A DNA stretch of 64,000 bases. It comes from Trypanosoma brucei. Its lineage: Eukaryota. The position numbers were made by a program, and so were the translations under genes. Positions 32,369 through 41,660 of this stretch are shown piece by piece. Location: contig CH464491.1 in the NCBI GenBank assembly GCA_000002445.1, forward strand, positions 2,432,001-2,496,000, read 5' to 3'. The notes under the pieces are model-generated. The model was not told where the DNA came from, made no database searches, and was given only the letters and a program-made list of their open reading frames with translations. Within the stretch, counting starts at the first letter, position 1. The number at the start of each line of letters is the position of its first letter.

Positions 32369-32732
32369 GGGAGAAAAAAAAAGGAGGGGAATAATGTTTT
32401 TTTTTCGCTCTTGTTGTTTGATATGTTTTTTTGATAAACTTTTTGCAGCACTTTTTCTCGATATTTCTCGCGGCTTGGAGAACCTGTTAGTAAGTTAAGT
32501 GAGGAAAGGCGAAAAGAGCAACGAAAGGTGTATGAATTAGACGAAGATGAAAGGGCATACATCCGTAAAAAAAACCGAAAGTTTGAAGGTTCATGAAGTT
32601 AACAACAAAAGCTGCGGTTTTAATACCCCCTGTGGTGCCGCTGGCCGGTAACAAACACTGCTTTTGTAAAAGGTGGCACCTGTTTCTTACTTCCACAGGT
32701 CAAAGCTTTTTTTTTCTTCAAATCCCTTTTTT

Positions 32733-32746
32733 AAATAAATAAATAA

Positions 32747-32786
<40 letters not shown>
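32733..32786. repeat. Composite (AAAT)5-(AT)17 microsatellite
   Basis: Reads 'aaataaataaataaataaatatatatatatatatatatatatatatatatatatta', in the ArfGAP/VPS15 intergenic region. Confidence 0.9.
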
Positions 32787-32788
<2 letters not shown>

Positions 32789-32908
32789 TTTAGTTGCAGG
32801 ACGTATCGAGCCCCGTAGGGAAATTGAACCGTCGGGTGAGACACGGTTTAGGAAAAACAATAAATACAGAGGAGAGAGAGAGAGAGGGAGTAAGAGGGTG
32901 GAGCAGTT

Positions 32909-35900
32909 ATGGGAAATCAGCTCGCAGCAGCCACCGTCGTAAATGTCTCCGATGTGACGTCATCACTAGAACTTATCGCTCCACTAAGTTGTATGCACCG
33001 CAACTACTTTCGTTCCTTCCGCTGCTCCAAGGAAGCGAGTGCAGCTGTACCCTCCGATACCCTTCGCTCACTTTACTCATTTTCTCGTGGTGACAATCGG
33101 GACCAATCCGCCCTGCACCATCGTCCGTCCAACCGCGGTGGGAGCACGGAAGTTGTTTTGAAGGTTTTCGTTCGCACACTTTATAATGAAGAGGAGCAGA
33201 AAGTTGTAGAATTTTGCTATAATCATTTGTTGAGTATTGAAAGACGAATGGCGGGAGCGAAGCCAGCTAACATGCAAAATACGGGGTCGTGTGAAACCGC
33301 AGCCAGTAACGGTTCTTCCCATGATAGCAGCAACTGCGGGGTTGCGACAACCCCGCCCCCGTGCAATGTGCTTTTCTATTCGTGTATGGAAATACAAAAT
33401 GATAGGTTTTGCATGCTTCAGCGGCCCTACGTTGCTTTTTCACTCGCTGAGCGCCTTGCCACACGACCATATTGGAGCACCGCAAACCGTCTCTTCGCCA
33501 CCTACCAGTTGTTGCAGGGTACAGTTCAGCTGCACGAAGTATGGGGAACCGTTCATGGAGACCTCAAGGTTGACAACATTCTGGTCAACACCTCTGGCTG
33601 GCTTTACATTACAGATATTTGTCCCTTTAACCCCGCACTGCTCCCAGCGAACAATCCAGCACTCTTCAACTATTTCTACGATACAAACGAGTCCCATATT
33701 TGCTCATTGGCACCAGAGAAATTCGTGGATCATCCAACCAACGTTAACACATCGAACCTCAACGCGACTGTTCACACACCTGGTATGGATATTTTCTCGT
33801 TGGCGTGTGTCGTGGTGTATATATTCACCGAGGAACCCCTCTTTCGCCTGTCAGAGGTACTCGAACTGCGCTCTCTGCAAACACAACGAGAACGTGAAGA
33901 AATGATAAACAGTATTCTGCAGGAGCGGGGTCTTGCACCTAACCTTTGCCGCATGCTTTCGGATATGTTGTGCACCAATCCAAATTCTCGCCCAACGTCA
34001 CGGCAGCTTCTTGAGAGGTACACCCCAACTGTGTTTCCTCCTTATTTTGAATACCTCTACCGTGACATACTACCGGCTCTGCTGCCGCGACCACCAGAAC
34101 ATCAGGTACAACTGCTGTGGTCTCGGCTGGATGACATTTTTGCTGAAGTGGAGTGCCGTGGCAGTTTCAATAGCGGTGGTGGTAGTGGCCACAACGGTGA
34201 AGCTGATGACGGTGAATTTCCTCCACTGGTGCCGTCAAGTGACGCCAAAAAGGTTACTGTGCTAGTGCTTATTCCAATAATTCTTAATGCAGGTCTACAC
34301 CTCATGGCGTCAGAAACATGTTGTCGTGTTGTCTCCATCGTTCAGCGGATACTGCCGCATTGTACGTTGGAAGTTCAAGCGGACGTAATTCTTCCATACA
34401 TGCTGCGTTTTTTGAGGACAGAAACGTTGCCTGTTGTGGCCCGCGTTCTCGCACTTCGTACGCTGTCTACGATCTGTCATAACATTCCCTTCTCCACAGG
34501 CGAGGCAACTGTCTTCGATGACCTTATCCTTCCGTGCGTGGAGGACCTCGTGGCGAAAGCAGACACTCAGAACGTTACACTTTTATTGGAAGTGGCTGCT
34601 CAACTGCCATCGTTATTTTTGATGGCACGGTCTTTTATGGAGCAGCAGCAGGCTCTTGTTACATCAAATGAACGACAAAGCACGTATGGGGAGCAACTGA
34701 ACAGGTTGCTTGAGCGCGGCTGGGATGCTCTGCGGACACTTTACAAGCACAATCATTCGGCTGTTGTCATTGCCGCACTTCAGCGTAGTGTGGACGTGGT
34801 AAAGTTTCTGGGTGAAGAGAGGACACAGCATGATTTTATTCCGTTCCTCACTACAGCTATTGCCTCCACCATTGATGTCCAAAGGGAATTATATCCACAG
34901 GCTATATTGTGTCATACAAACCTACAACGACCTCCACTAAAGACGCTGCGTTTTTTTGTGGAGGAAGCGTTGAGACGGACTGATGCGATTATTCTTCGGC
35001 GTGCTATCGAAAGTGTATCTGTCGTGGCTTCGAGCAAATTAGTTGATGTGAGTGATGTCATGTCACTTGCGGAATGCGTGCTTCCTCATATATTGGACAA
35101 AGATAAGTGGGTGAGCCTTGCTGCGCGTCAGCTAGTGGAGGTGGTCGCTCAAACTTACCGCATGAGTGACGTGTGCACGAGACTGCCAAGCACCCTGATA
35201 CCGTTATTACGATATAAGGTACCCTTTTCAACTCTTACATCTCTTCCAGAGGAACTGGTGAATGAAATATCACAACGACCATCTTTTTCCTTGAGGCATC
35301 GGGACGAGCGACCGACGGTTCGGGTTGTCGGCGGCGATTCGAAACTGTCTCGGCGTTTCATGAACGGTTCACGCAGTAGCGACAATAGCATCACTGAAAG
35401 GAATGTGATCAACGGTGGTGCGGGTGGTTTTGTCCAGTGTCAGTCAAATTATATCCTACAACATGGGACAACGAAACGTTTCCCGCCAAACTTTCCCTTA
35501 CGTGCGGCGTTTTTTGATGTAACGTTTGACCCTAGTGTGAGGGCCGGCACCCCTTCGGCACTGGACGCAGCCGCAGTTCACGACAGCAGTGACGCCACGG
35601 CAGCCTACGCGTGGGGGTTGACTTTCAAACCAACTCATCGTGAGAAAAAGCGGCTTTTACTTCGTCAGCAAACGTACACGAATCGTGTTGACAGTAACGG
35701 TGATATCGTTGGCGGCGCACTCTTTACTTCCACTACTGAGAGCACAACTGGAAGAAGACCGTGGTTACTAGGTCCTCCGACTGGATCCCTGAGTGTCCAA
35801 CCGTCCCCTGCTTTGTACCCCGGTGTGACTTGGGCTGATAAGGAACTAAAACCTATCGCTGCTCCGTACTTCACGCGACGGGCCCATAGTGGCGCCATCT

Positions 35901-37021
35901 ATAGTTCCGCCACAGTAGGGAGTGGAACACTGGTGACCGCGGGTGGAAAAGGTGAGGCGTTGCTCTGGTCTGTTACTGCTACGGGCGTAAACCTCTCCTC
36001 ACGCCTTAATGTTGGTGACGCCTCTAGCAAAAATACGTTTCTTTTCGTACACTTTGCTCGAGGCGGTGTTAGCCCGTTGTTGTGCATCGGAGGCACAGAC
36101 GGCACGTGGCAGCTCTGTGACATAGCGAGCAATAAAGTCGTGCAAGAGCGCAAACTTGACGGCAGCCCTTTGACAGCAGCATGCGCACTTAGCGAAGACG
36201 TGATGCTCGTATCAAGTGCACTGGGAGGACTGTTTGCTATGGACTATAGAGCGGGTCGAGAGGTGTGGAAGAGTGGCAGCATATTACCGGTGGAGTTCGG
36301 TACAATAAGCGGAGTGTACCCACTTTGCAGTGAGTGCCGAGCCTACGGCGCCGCGGTTACGACCATGGGGGGAGGTGTTGCCTTGTTCGACCTCCGCTTT
36401 GAGTTGCTTCTGCAAAAACACTGGTTACACGGTGCACCTATACAAGGTAGTCGTTCGATTGATAATCCCTATGCTATTTTGTGTGTCAGCCCCGATGCCG
36501 CCTGTAAGCCCGTACATCAATTAAATGAACACCCTGGGCTTTTGCTGGGAACTCGCTCAGGAATGGTCTATCACATGGATCTTATATCCGGTAGGTCGTG
36601 TGTGAGCCTCCGCCCTGCCACGCCCAACAATCCAACACGAGCTATGCTCCTTCAGCCGAGACACCGTCTCCTTTTCACTGCTGGAGATGATATGCAGATT
36701 CGAAGGTGGTGCCTTTCCAACTCCGCGCTGTCGTCGACTGTTGTCTTCCCCCCATACAACTCGTATGCGTATGCAAGAAGGACTAGCGGGTCTACAATGG
36801 AAGTTAGGCCATCATCGAAGTCTTCTAACGGACAGTTAGCTCCAACTGCTGCTGGCGCAACCACTGCGGTTAGCGCACCGCTGGTCCGACCTGTTGTACC
36901 CCAACATCATAGTGACGCTATTCTTACACTCTGTGGAGTCAGTGTGAGTGGTGGGGACGAGACCTACTTGGTGTCGGGATCCCGGGACGGGCAGTTGACA
37001 CTGTGGTTCAACGCTGAGTAA
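32909..37021 (+). CDS. VPS15: Phosphoinositide 3-kinase regulatory subunit 4 / VPS15 (N-myristoylated pseudokinase-like domain, HEAT region, C-terminal WD40)
   Basis: Starts 'MGNQL' (myristoylation consensus, conserved in Vps15). Kinase catalytic loop 'HGDLKVDNILV' (~33552-33584) and 'ITDICPFNP'. Long helical middle. The C-terminal ~350 aa are WD-repeat-like ('SGAIYSS', 'LLWSV', 'GTDGTWQLCD', 'SGSRDGQLTLWF'). 1370 aa. Confidence 0.85.
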   Translation: MGNQLAAATVVNVSDVTSSLELIAPLSCMHRNYFRSFRCSKEASAAVPSDTLRSLYSFSRGDNRDQSALHHRPSNRGGSTEVVLKVFVRTLYNEEEQKVVEFCYNHLLSIERRMAGAKPANMQNTGSCETAASNGSSHDSSNCGVATTPPPCNVLFYSCMEIQNDRFCMLQRPYVAFSLAERLATRPYWSTANRLFATYQLLQGTVQLHEVWGTVHGDLKVDNILVNTSGWLYITDICPFNPALLPANNPALFNYFYDTNESHICSLAPEKFVDHPTNVNTSNLNATVHTPGMDIFSLACVVVYIFTEEPLFRLSEVLELRSLQTQREREEMINSILQERGLAPNLCRMLSDMLCTNPNSRPTSRQLLERYTPTVFPPYFEYLYRDILPALLPRPPEHQVQLLWSRLDDIFAEVECRGSFNSGGGSGHNGEADDGEFPPLVPSSDAKKVTVLVLIPIILNAGLHLMASETCCRVVSIVQRILPHCTLEVQADVILPYMLRFLRTETLPVVARVLALRTLSTICHNIPFSTGEATVFDDLILPCVEDLVAKADTQNVTLLLEVAAQLPSLFLMARSFMEQQQALVTSNERQSTYGEQLNRLLERGWDALRTLYKHNHSAVVIAALQRSVDVVKFLGEERTQHDFIPFLTTAIASTIDVQRELYPQAILCHTNLQRPPLKTLRFFVEEALRRTDAIILRRAIESVSVVASSKLVDVSDVMSLAECVLPHILDKDKWVSLAARQLVEVVAQTYRMSDVCTRLPSTLIPLLRYKVPFSTLTSLPEELVNEISQRPSFSLRHRDERPTVRVVGGDSKLSRRFMNGSRSSDNSITERNVINGGAGGFVQCQSNYILQHGTTKRFPPNFPLRAAFFDVTFDPSVRAGTPSALDAAAVHDSSDATAAYAWGLTFKPTHREKKRLLLRQQTYTNRVDSNGDIVGGALFTSTTESTTGRRPWLLGPPTGSLSVQPSPALYPGVTWADKELKPIAAPYFTRRAHSGAIYSSATVGSGTLVTAGGKGEALLWSVTATGVNLSSRLNVGDASSKNTFLFVHFARGGVSPLLCIGGTDGTWQLCDIASNKVVQERKLDGSPLTAACALSEDVMLVSSALGGLFAMDYRAGREVWKSGSILPVEFGTISGVYPLCSECRAYGAAVTTMGGGVALFDLRFELLLQKHWLHGAPIQGSRSIDNPYAILCVSPDAACKPVHQLNEHPGLLLGTRSGMVYHMDLISGRSCVSLRPATPNNPTRAMLLQPRHRLLFTAGDDMQIRRWCLSNSALSSTVVFPPYNSYAYARRTSGSTMEVRPSSKSSNGQLAPTAAGATTAVSAPLVRPVVPQHHSDAILTLCGVSVSGGDETYLVSGSRDGQLTLWFNAE

Positions 37022-37341
37022 CCTCATACTGGAATACGCCAAACAAAAAAAAAGTCAGATACGAGCCTAATGAGATACAATGGAGTTTCCTCTGCCTGGT
37101 TTCGCGACGAGAGAGTTGCGTCTCGTTACACAGCCATTCGGTGGGCGGACAGATAGTTGGTAAGGGGGGGAAAGGTGGAGGGCAAATGATTTTTGCTGGG
37201 CGATACACAAACCTGTGCACACATGTAAGCTTGCGTTTTGAAGGGACCAAATTTGTCTTTGAAAGCAAGCTTCTCAATTTTTTTCTCTTTACGTTGCTGT
37301 TTTTCTTTGTAATCCATTAGACCCCGCCTGCTGCTCGCATT

Positions 37342-39084
37342 ATGGTGAAGTTGAAGGATGTTTCCCGGAAGGGGGACACGCAGTCCCCAACAACCACTGT
37401 CATTGGTAAAAGTTTGGGTGGGCGGCATGAGGATGCACTCGTGCGCGCAGTGGAAAAATACGTCCCCGATGAAATAGCACGGCACCTCAGCAGCTTAACG
37501 GTGTACGCTCAGTTACGAGCCGGGCTCTGTCCTGGAGAATGCAACGGTGGTCACAATAACAATGCTAATGTTGGTGCTATATCCTGTAGCGGCAACTGCA
37601 AAAACGGTAATGCTGCTGTCTCGTGTGACATGCGTAGAAGAAACTGTGGAATAATGAGTGGTTGTAAAAGGGATGTTCATTTGGAGAGTTGTGTTTCCCG
37701 TGTACTTTCATGTCGAGTGTGTCATGTGTTGCGAGGCTACTGTGCGTTTTGGGTAGAATCAATGCTCACCATACGCACTGTTACTTCTGCATCGACAAAT
37801 TTTTCGAGACACAAACGCTTGCGTAGGAGTGATGACGTCGCCGTAGTTGCCGATTGTGTGGTGTCGAGCGGGCTTGATGGTGCGGGTGGAAACCGTCGGT
37901 ACAACGTCAAACTTCTCACACTTCATATTGTCGATAACGAAGCTTACAAGAATCCCGGAAATTATGTCTTTGTACTTCAGTCGGTTTGCCAGCCCGGTCG
38001 TGTGCTGCAACTGGAGTGCTACCCCAACCATATGATTCGATTTGGGCTGCTGATGCACTTCCTTTGGCAGTGTCCCTGTGAAGCTTTCGCTGCGTCACAA
38101 GCGAAAGGTGGCACCGGTAAGGAAAAGGATTTAAGGCGACTTCAAGTCAACTCAGCGTTTTCCTCAACTGATGTTGACATCCTCCCAGTCACTGATTTCA
38201 ATGAGTGCAACAGTTGTGGCATGTCGTTACATCTTTCCACATCACCAGCTGCAAAGGAAGTAGTTGTGGAGACTCAATCCGGAGCTGTGGGCCCCTCTGT
38301 GTTAGTGCTTGGGCTTGGTGCCAACGTAATTGGTAACTGGCTGGATGAGGCCCTCCCACCCAATGTTCGCATTGATGTCGTGGAAGTGGAGCCTACCGTC
38401 CTGCAGATTTGTCGGGATCACAAGCAGGTGCCGCCGTGCGACGAATTGGTGAACGAGGCGAACGAAGGCACAGGAGTGTGGTGCGTAACGCGTGGGCACA
38501 AGCGTTATCCAAATTATCGTTTCATTGTTGGAGATGCAAGGGAGGTCCTGAAGGAGAGTAACGACGATGGTCGATCCGAAGGGCGCAACAAGAAGTGCAT
38601 TAGCCTTTCCTATGATGTTGTGTTTCTCGATTGCTACGATCCCGCAAAGGAATGTATGATGCATGACGCCAATCTTGTCGATTTGTGCAGGGTGCGGCTG
38701 AGGCCAGGTGGTGCGCTCATCGTCAACGCTCATATTATCCCGGAAAAGGAAATGTTGCAGGAGCAATTTCTTGATCGCGGCTTCAGCTCTGTGCAGGTGC
38801 TGCGTGTGTCGTCCTGTAACCAGAGTATTGTGGTGTGTCTGGCCTCTCATAGCGGCTCTGCAGGCAAAACGGCTGAAGAGGTGGATGGTGAAAGACTGTC
38901 GGGTCGCTTTACCGTACTGTCCGCTGGTCGAGCAACAAGGTACATTCATAACATTATTGAAGCGGGCAATAGGGTGTATCTTCACAAACCGAACACTTGT
39001 TATTTTGGAGCAGGTTGGCTAAAATCATCAAAAGTGTTGGAGAATGATACGTGTTTTGTTAAATTATGGACTCATGTCGATTAA
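37342..39084 (+). CDS. Spermidine-synthase-fold SAM methyltransferase, METTL13 (eEF1A-KNMT) C-terminal-domain-like, with a Cys-rich N-terminal extension
   Basis: 'VLVLGLGANVIGNWLDEALPPNVRIDVVEVEPTVLQICRDH' (GxGxG and acidic loop), 'FIVGDAREVL', 'YDVVFLDCYDP', 'LRPGGALIVNA'. Same order as the METTL13 C-terminal MTase. N-terminal ~280 aa are Cys-rich with no recognised domain. Confidence 0.6.
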   Translation: MVKLKDVSRKGDTQSPTTTVIGKSLGGRHEDALVRAVEKYVPDEIARHLSSLTVYAQLRAGLCPGECNGGHNNNANVGAISCSGNCKNGNAAVSCDMRRRNCGIMSGCKRDVHLESCVSRVLSCRVCHVLRGYCAFWVESMLTIRTVTSASTNFSRHKRLRRSDDVAVVADCVVSSGLDGAGGNRRYNVKLLTLHIVDNEAYKNPGNYVFVLQSVCQPGRVLQLECYPNHMIRFGLLMHFLWQCPCEAFAASQAKGGTGKEKDLRRLQVNSAFSSTDVDILPVTDFNECNSCGMSLHLSTSPAAKEVVVETQSGAVGPSVLVLGLGANVIGNWLDEALPPNVRIDVVEVEPTVLQICRDHKQVPPCDELVNEANEGTGVWCVTRGHKRYPNYRFIVGDAREVLKESNDDGRSEGRNKKCISLSYDVVFLDCYDPAKECMMHDANLVDLCRVRLRPGGALIVNAHIIPEKEMLQEQFLDRGFSSVQVLRVSSCNQSIVVCLASHSGSAGKTAEEVDGERLSGRFTVLSAGRATRYIHNIIEAGNRVYLHKPNTCYFGAGWLKSSKVLENDTCFVKLWTHVD

Positions 39085-39413
39085 ACTGTTTCCGCTAATA
39101 CAGTTGCCGGGAAGGCAGGGGAGCGGGCACCGATCGTCTCGCTAATCCTCCCGGTTGCAAATTTAAAGTTGGGCTCCTATGTGGCAGCCCACTCGTCCAC
39201 TTGCGCTCTCTCAGCTGAGGCATCCCCTCGTCCGTCTTAAACCCCGTAGCAAACTCCCCTTATTATTATTAAGTTGTTTTGAGTTGATTCTCTCTGTCCC
39301 ATTTATATTCCTACTAATTTGCTTCTTATCGGATCAATCTATCTCGTTACGGATGTGGAGTGCCTCAGTTATTGGCGGGGGGCAGTGATCAAGCAAGAAG
39401 GAAACAATTGGCG

Positions 39414-41114
39414 ATGGATGTTTATCGACAAGCAAGTGAAATTGTGCGGGCTGTGCGTGAAGGAACCGGCACTGCCAAAGCGCTGTGTTTGCGTAAGGAA
39501 ATGCAGAAGAAGCGCCAAACGTACGCTGTTGTGTGCGAGACTCTGCGGCATTATGACCTTCTCCAGGATGTCCTCGAGCAAGCAGAATTCTTTCAATATT
39601 ACCCACGGGCCAATAGAGATTTTGCGATTTGCATGGCTTATGACGCTGTGCTTGGAAAGGGAGTCAACACCAACCGTGATACGACCGCGCAGGCTATTCA
39701 AAAGTCGGTGTCCTATCTTCAGGAGGCATACGAACGTGTGAAGAAGCACCATGTTATTCCCCCACGCGCCGGGGAGCTATTGACAGACGAGGAAGCTGGC
39801 CCCTGTGCACGCACCGGCGATCATAATAATGATGGGGGAAGGGTCAAACACAACGGTGTTGATGGCGGCTCGCTTGGGAAACATTTTGTTTCTGATGGTG
39901 AAGGTGCCGGTGACAACACCCAGGGACTGGGTTGTCTGATTCCGCGTTATGCGCGAGTGAACACGCTGAAGATTGATGTGGACAGCCTGGTGGAACGTCT
40001 TCGCCGTGCCTCCGCGAAACGCGAGCGTAACAATACGGAAAACTGTACAGGAAACGATCATAGTAGGCGCGATCATCGACATCGTGCAGCTGGAATTCGT
40101 GTACTGCCACCCTTTACCTTGGATCCTGTTGTACCGTCACTGCTAGTTTTCCCACCAGGTACCGATCTACACGCCCATCCGGCCGTTCGAAGTGGACAAC
40201 TTGTGCTACAGGACCGTGCATCGTGTCTTCCTGTTTGTGTGCTCCTTAATGCCGTGGAGGTTATCACGTCCTTCTCTGCTTCTGGAGAAGGTGAAGGTGA
40301 TAGCAAACCGGCTGAACCATTGGAATATGTTGTTGACGCCTGTGCGGCTCCTGGGAATAAGACAACTCAGCTGGCAGCCCTGGGTGCGCCTCATGTGAAG
40401 ATAATGGCGATTGAACGTGACGACAAGCGAGCTGAGTTGTTGAGGCATCGCGTGCAGAGCTTGGGGGCCGCTGATTACACAAACGTGGTTAATATGGACT
40501 TTCTGAAGATGGCACAAGACGATCGTGAGGTGACGGAAGGAATTTTGCTGGACCCAAGTTGCAGTGCCAGTGGCGTGCTGACAAGAGTGGATGTGGCCCT
40601 TTTGCGGAAGCAATGCGTTGCTGTGGATGGCAGCGGTATCTACACTAACGATGTTGTTCGTCAAGAAACTGCTGAGGAAGGGGTGAGCGAGACCGCTGTT
40701 GGTGGGGAAGTGGGCACCATAACTGCAGAGGCTCAAGGAGTCGGGTTTGCAAGCAACATGGAGCGCGTGATGGGCCTTGCCCGGCTTCAGCGCAAATTAC
40801 TTGCCCACTCACTTCTTTCCTTTGACAATTGTCGCACGGTTGTGTACTCCACATGCTCAGTGCATGAGGCAGAAAACGAGGAGGTAGTGCGGCAGGTTCT
40901 ACAGGACGAGCGGGTACAGGCTCGTGGGTGGGCACTTAGCAACATCATGCCGACGACGTGGCGGACGCGTGGGTGGAGGAACGACAGTGATACGTTTCCA
41001 CTTGAGTACACCATTCGGTGTGACCCCGAAGTGGACGCAACCAATGGTTTTTTTGTCGCTCGTTTCGACCGTGTTGTGGCGACGCCGCAGAAGAGGTCGA
41101 AGAAGAAGCGGTGA
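39414..41114 (+). CDS. NSUN5: rRNA (cytosine-C5)-methyltransferase NSUN5/Rcm1 (NOL1/NOP2/Sun family)
   Basis: Block-by-block match to human NSUN5: 'YAVVCETLRHY', 'RYARVNTLKI', 'LLVFPPGTDLHAHPAVRSGQLVLQDRASCLPV', SAM motif 'VVDACAAPGNKTTQLAAL', catalytic 'ILLDPSCSASG' (~40548-40575) and 'VVYSTCSVHEAENEEVVRQVL' (~40839-40862), 'GFFVARFDRV'. The track start at 39360 is a GTG, and the first ATG is 39414. Confidence 0.85.
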   Translation: MDVYRQASEIVRAVREGTGTAKALCLRKEMQKKRQTYAVVCETLRHYDLLQDVLEQAEFFQYYPRANRDFAICMAYDAVLGKGVNTNRDTTAQAIQKSVSYLQEAYERVKKHHVIPPRAGELLTDEEAGPCARTGDHNNDGGRVKHNGVDGGSLGKHFVSDGEGAGDNTQGLGCLIPRYARVNTLKIDVDSLVERLRRASAKRERNNTENCTGNDHSRRDHRHRAAGIRVLPPFTLDPVVPSLLVFPPGTDLHAHPAVRSGQLVLQDRASCLPVCVLLNAVEVITSFSASGEGEGDSKPAEPLEYVVDACAAPGNKTTQLAALGAPHVKIMAIERDDKRAELLRHRVQSLGAADYTNVVNMDFLKMAQDDREVTEGILLDPSCSASGVLTRVDVALLRKQCVAVDGSGIYTNDVVRQETAEEGVSETAVGGEVGTITAEAQGVGFASNMERVMGLARLQRKLLAHSLLSFDNCRTVVYSTCSVHEAENEEVVRQVLQDERVQARGWALSNIMPTTWRTRGWRNDSDTFPLEYTIRCDPEVDATNGFFVARFDRVVATPQKRSKKKR

Positions 41115-41172
41115 GGTCCATAAAAACGTTAACTAGCGATTAAACACACCGCTGAAAGGGCAAATGAACAGG

Positions 41173-41213
41173 TGTTTTATTTTATTTTTATTTTTTCCCC
41201 TCCCCTCACTCTA
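41173..41213 (+). promoter_or_regulatory. Polypyrimidine tract upstream of RPN2 (a second T-rich tract lies at ~41395-41425 and an A13 run at 41641-41653 immediately 5' of the ATG)
   Basis: Reads 'gtgttttattttatttttattttttcccctcccctcactctacag'. Confidence 0.4.
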
Positions 41214-41660
41214 CAGGCAGTACGTGCGTCCCCCTTGCCTGCATACTGCCGTGCTATCACCACTTCAAGTTAGGGTACCATGGACATACAAACGTTCTTT
41301 TTCATCTATGTGTCCTGTTCTCTTCATCGTTCTTTTGCAAATCTGCATCACGATTCAACCCGTGCACTTGCTTTTGGGGGGCGAACCGACGCATTTATTT
41401 TTTTTCAACGTTTTACCGCTATCGGAAGAAATTGATTGACACGAGAAGACGAGAGAAGACAGGTACGCAGGAGGGAAAGTTTCTCTGCCACAAGCGTAAC
41501 AACAACAAGGGGTATCGCTTTGCACGGAGATTAAGGCACCGAAGTTAAGAAAGAAGAGGGAAGGCACGTATTTATATTTACTGTGTTGCGGAGAAGGGAT
41601 ACCCTCAAAAAGTAATATAAATTGAAGAGATAATTTTTTGAAAAAAAAAAAAAGGACCCA

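Noticed and set aside
33237-33905. 222-aa + ORF in an alternative frame within VPS15
   Set aside because: It overlaps the VPS15 kinase-domain region, whose own frame carries the conserved HGDLKVDNILV catalytic loop. The composition is unprotein-like (W/C/R/H-rich).
38302-38985. 227-aa minus-strand ORF inside the METTL13-like gene
   Set aside because: It is the antisense shadow of a + CDS with clear methyltransferase motifs. There is no recognisable domain, and a strand-inverted gene inside a kinetoplastid unidirectional cluster is implausible.
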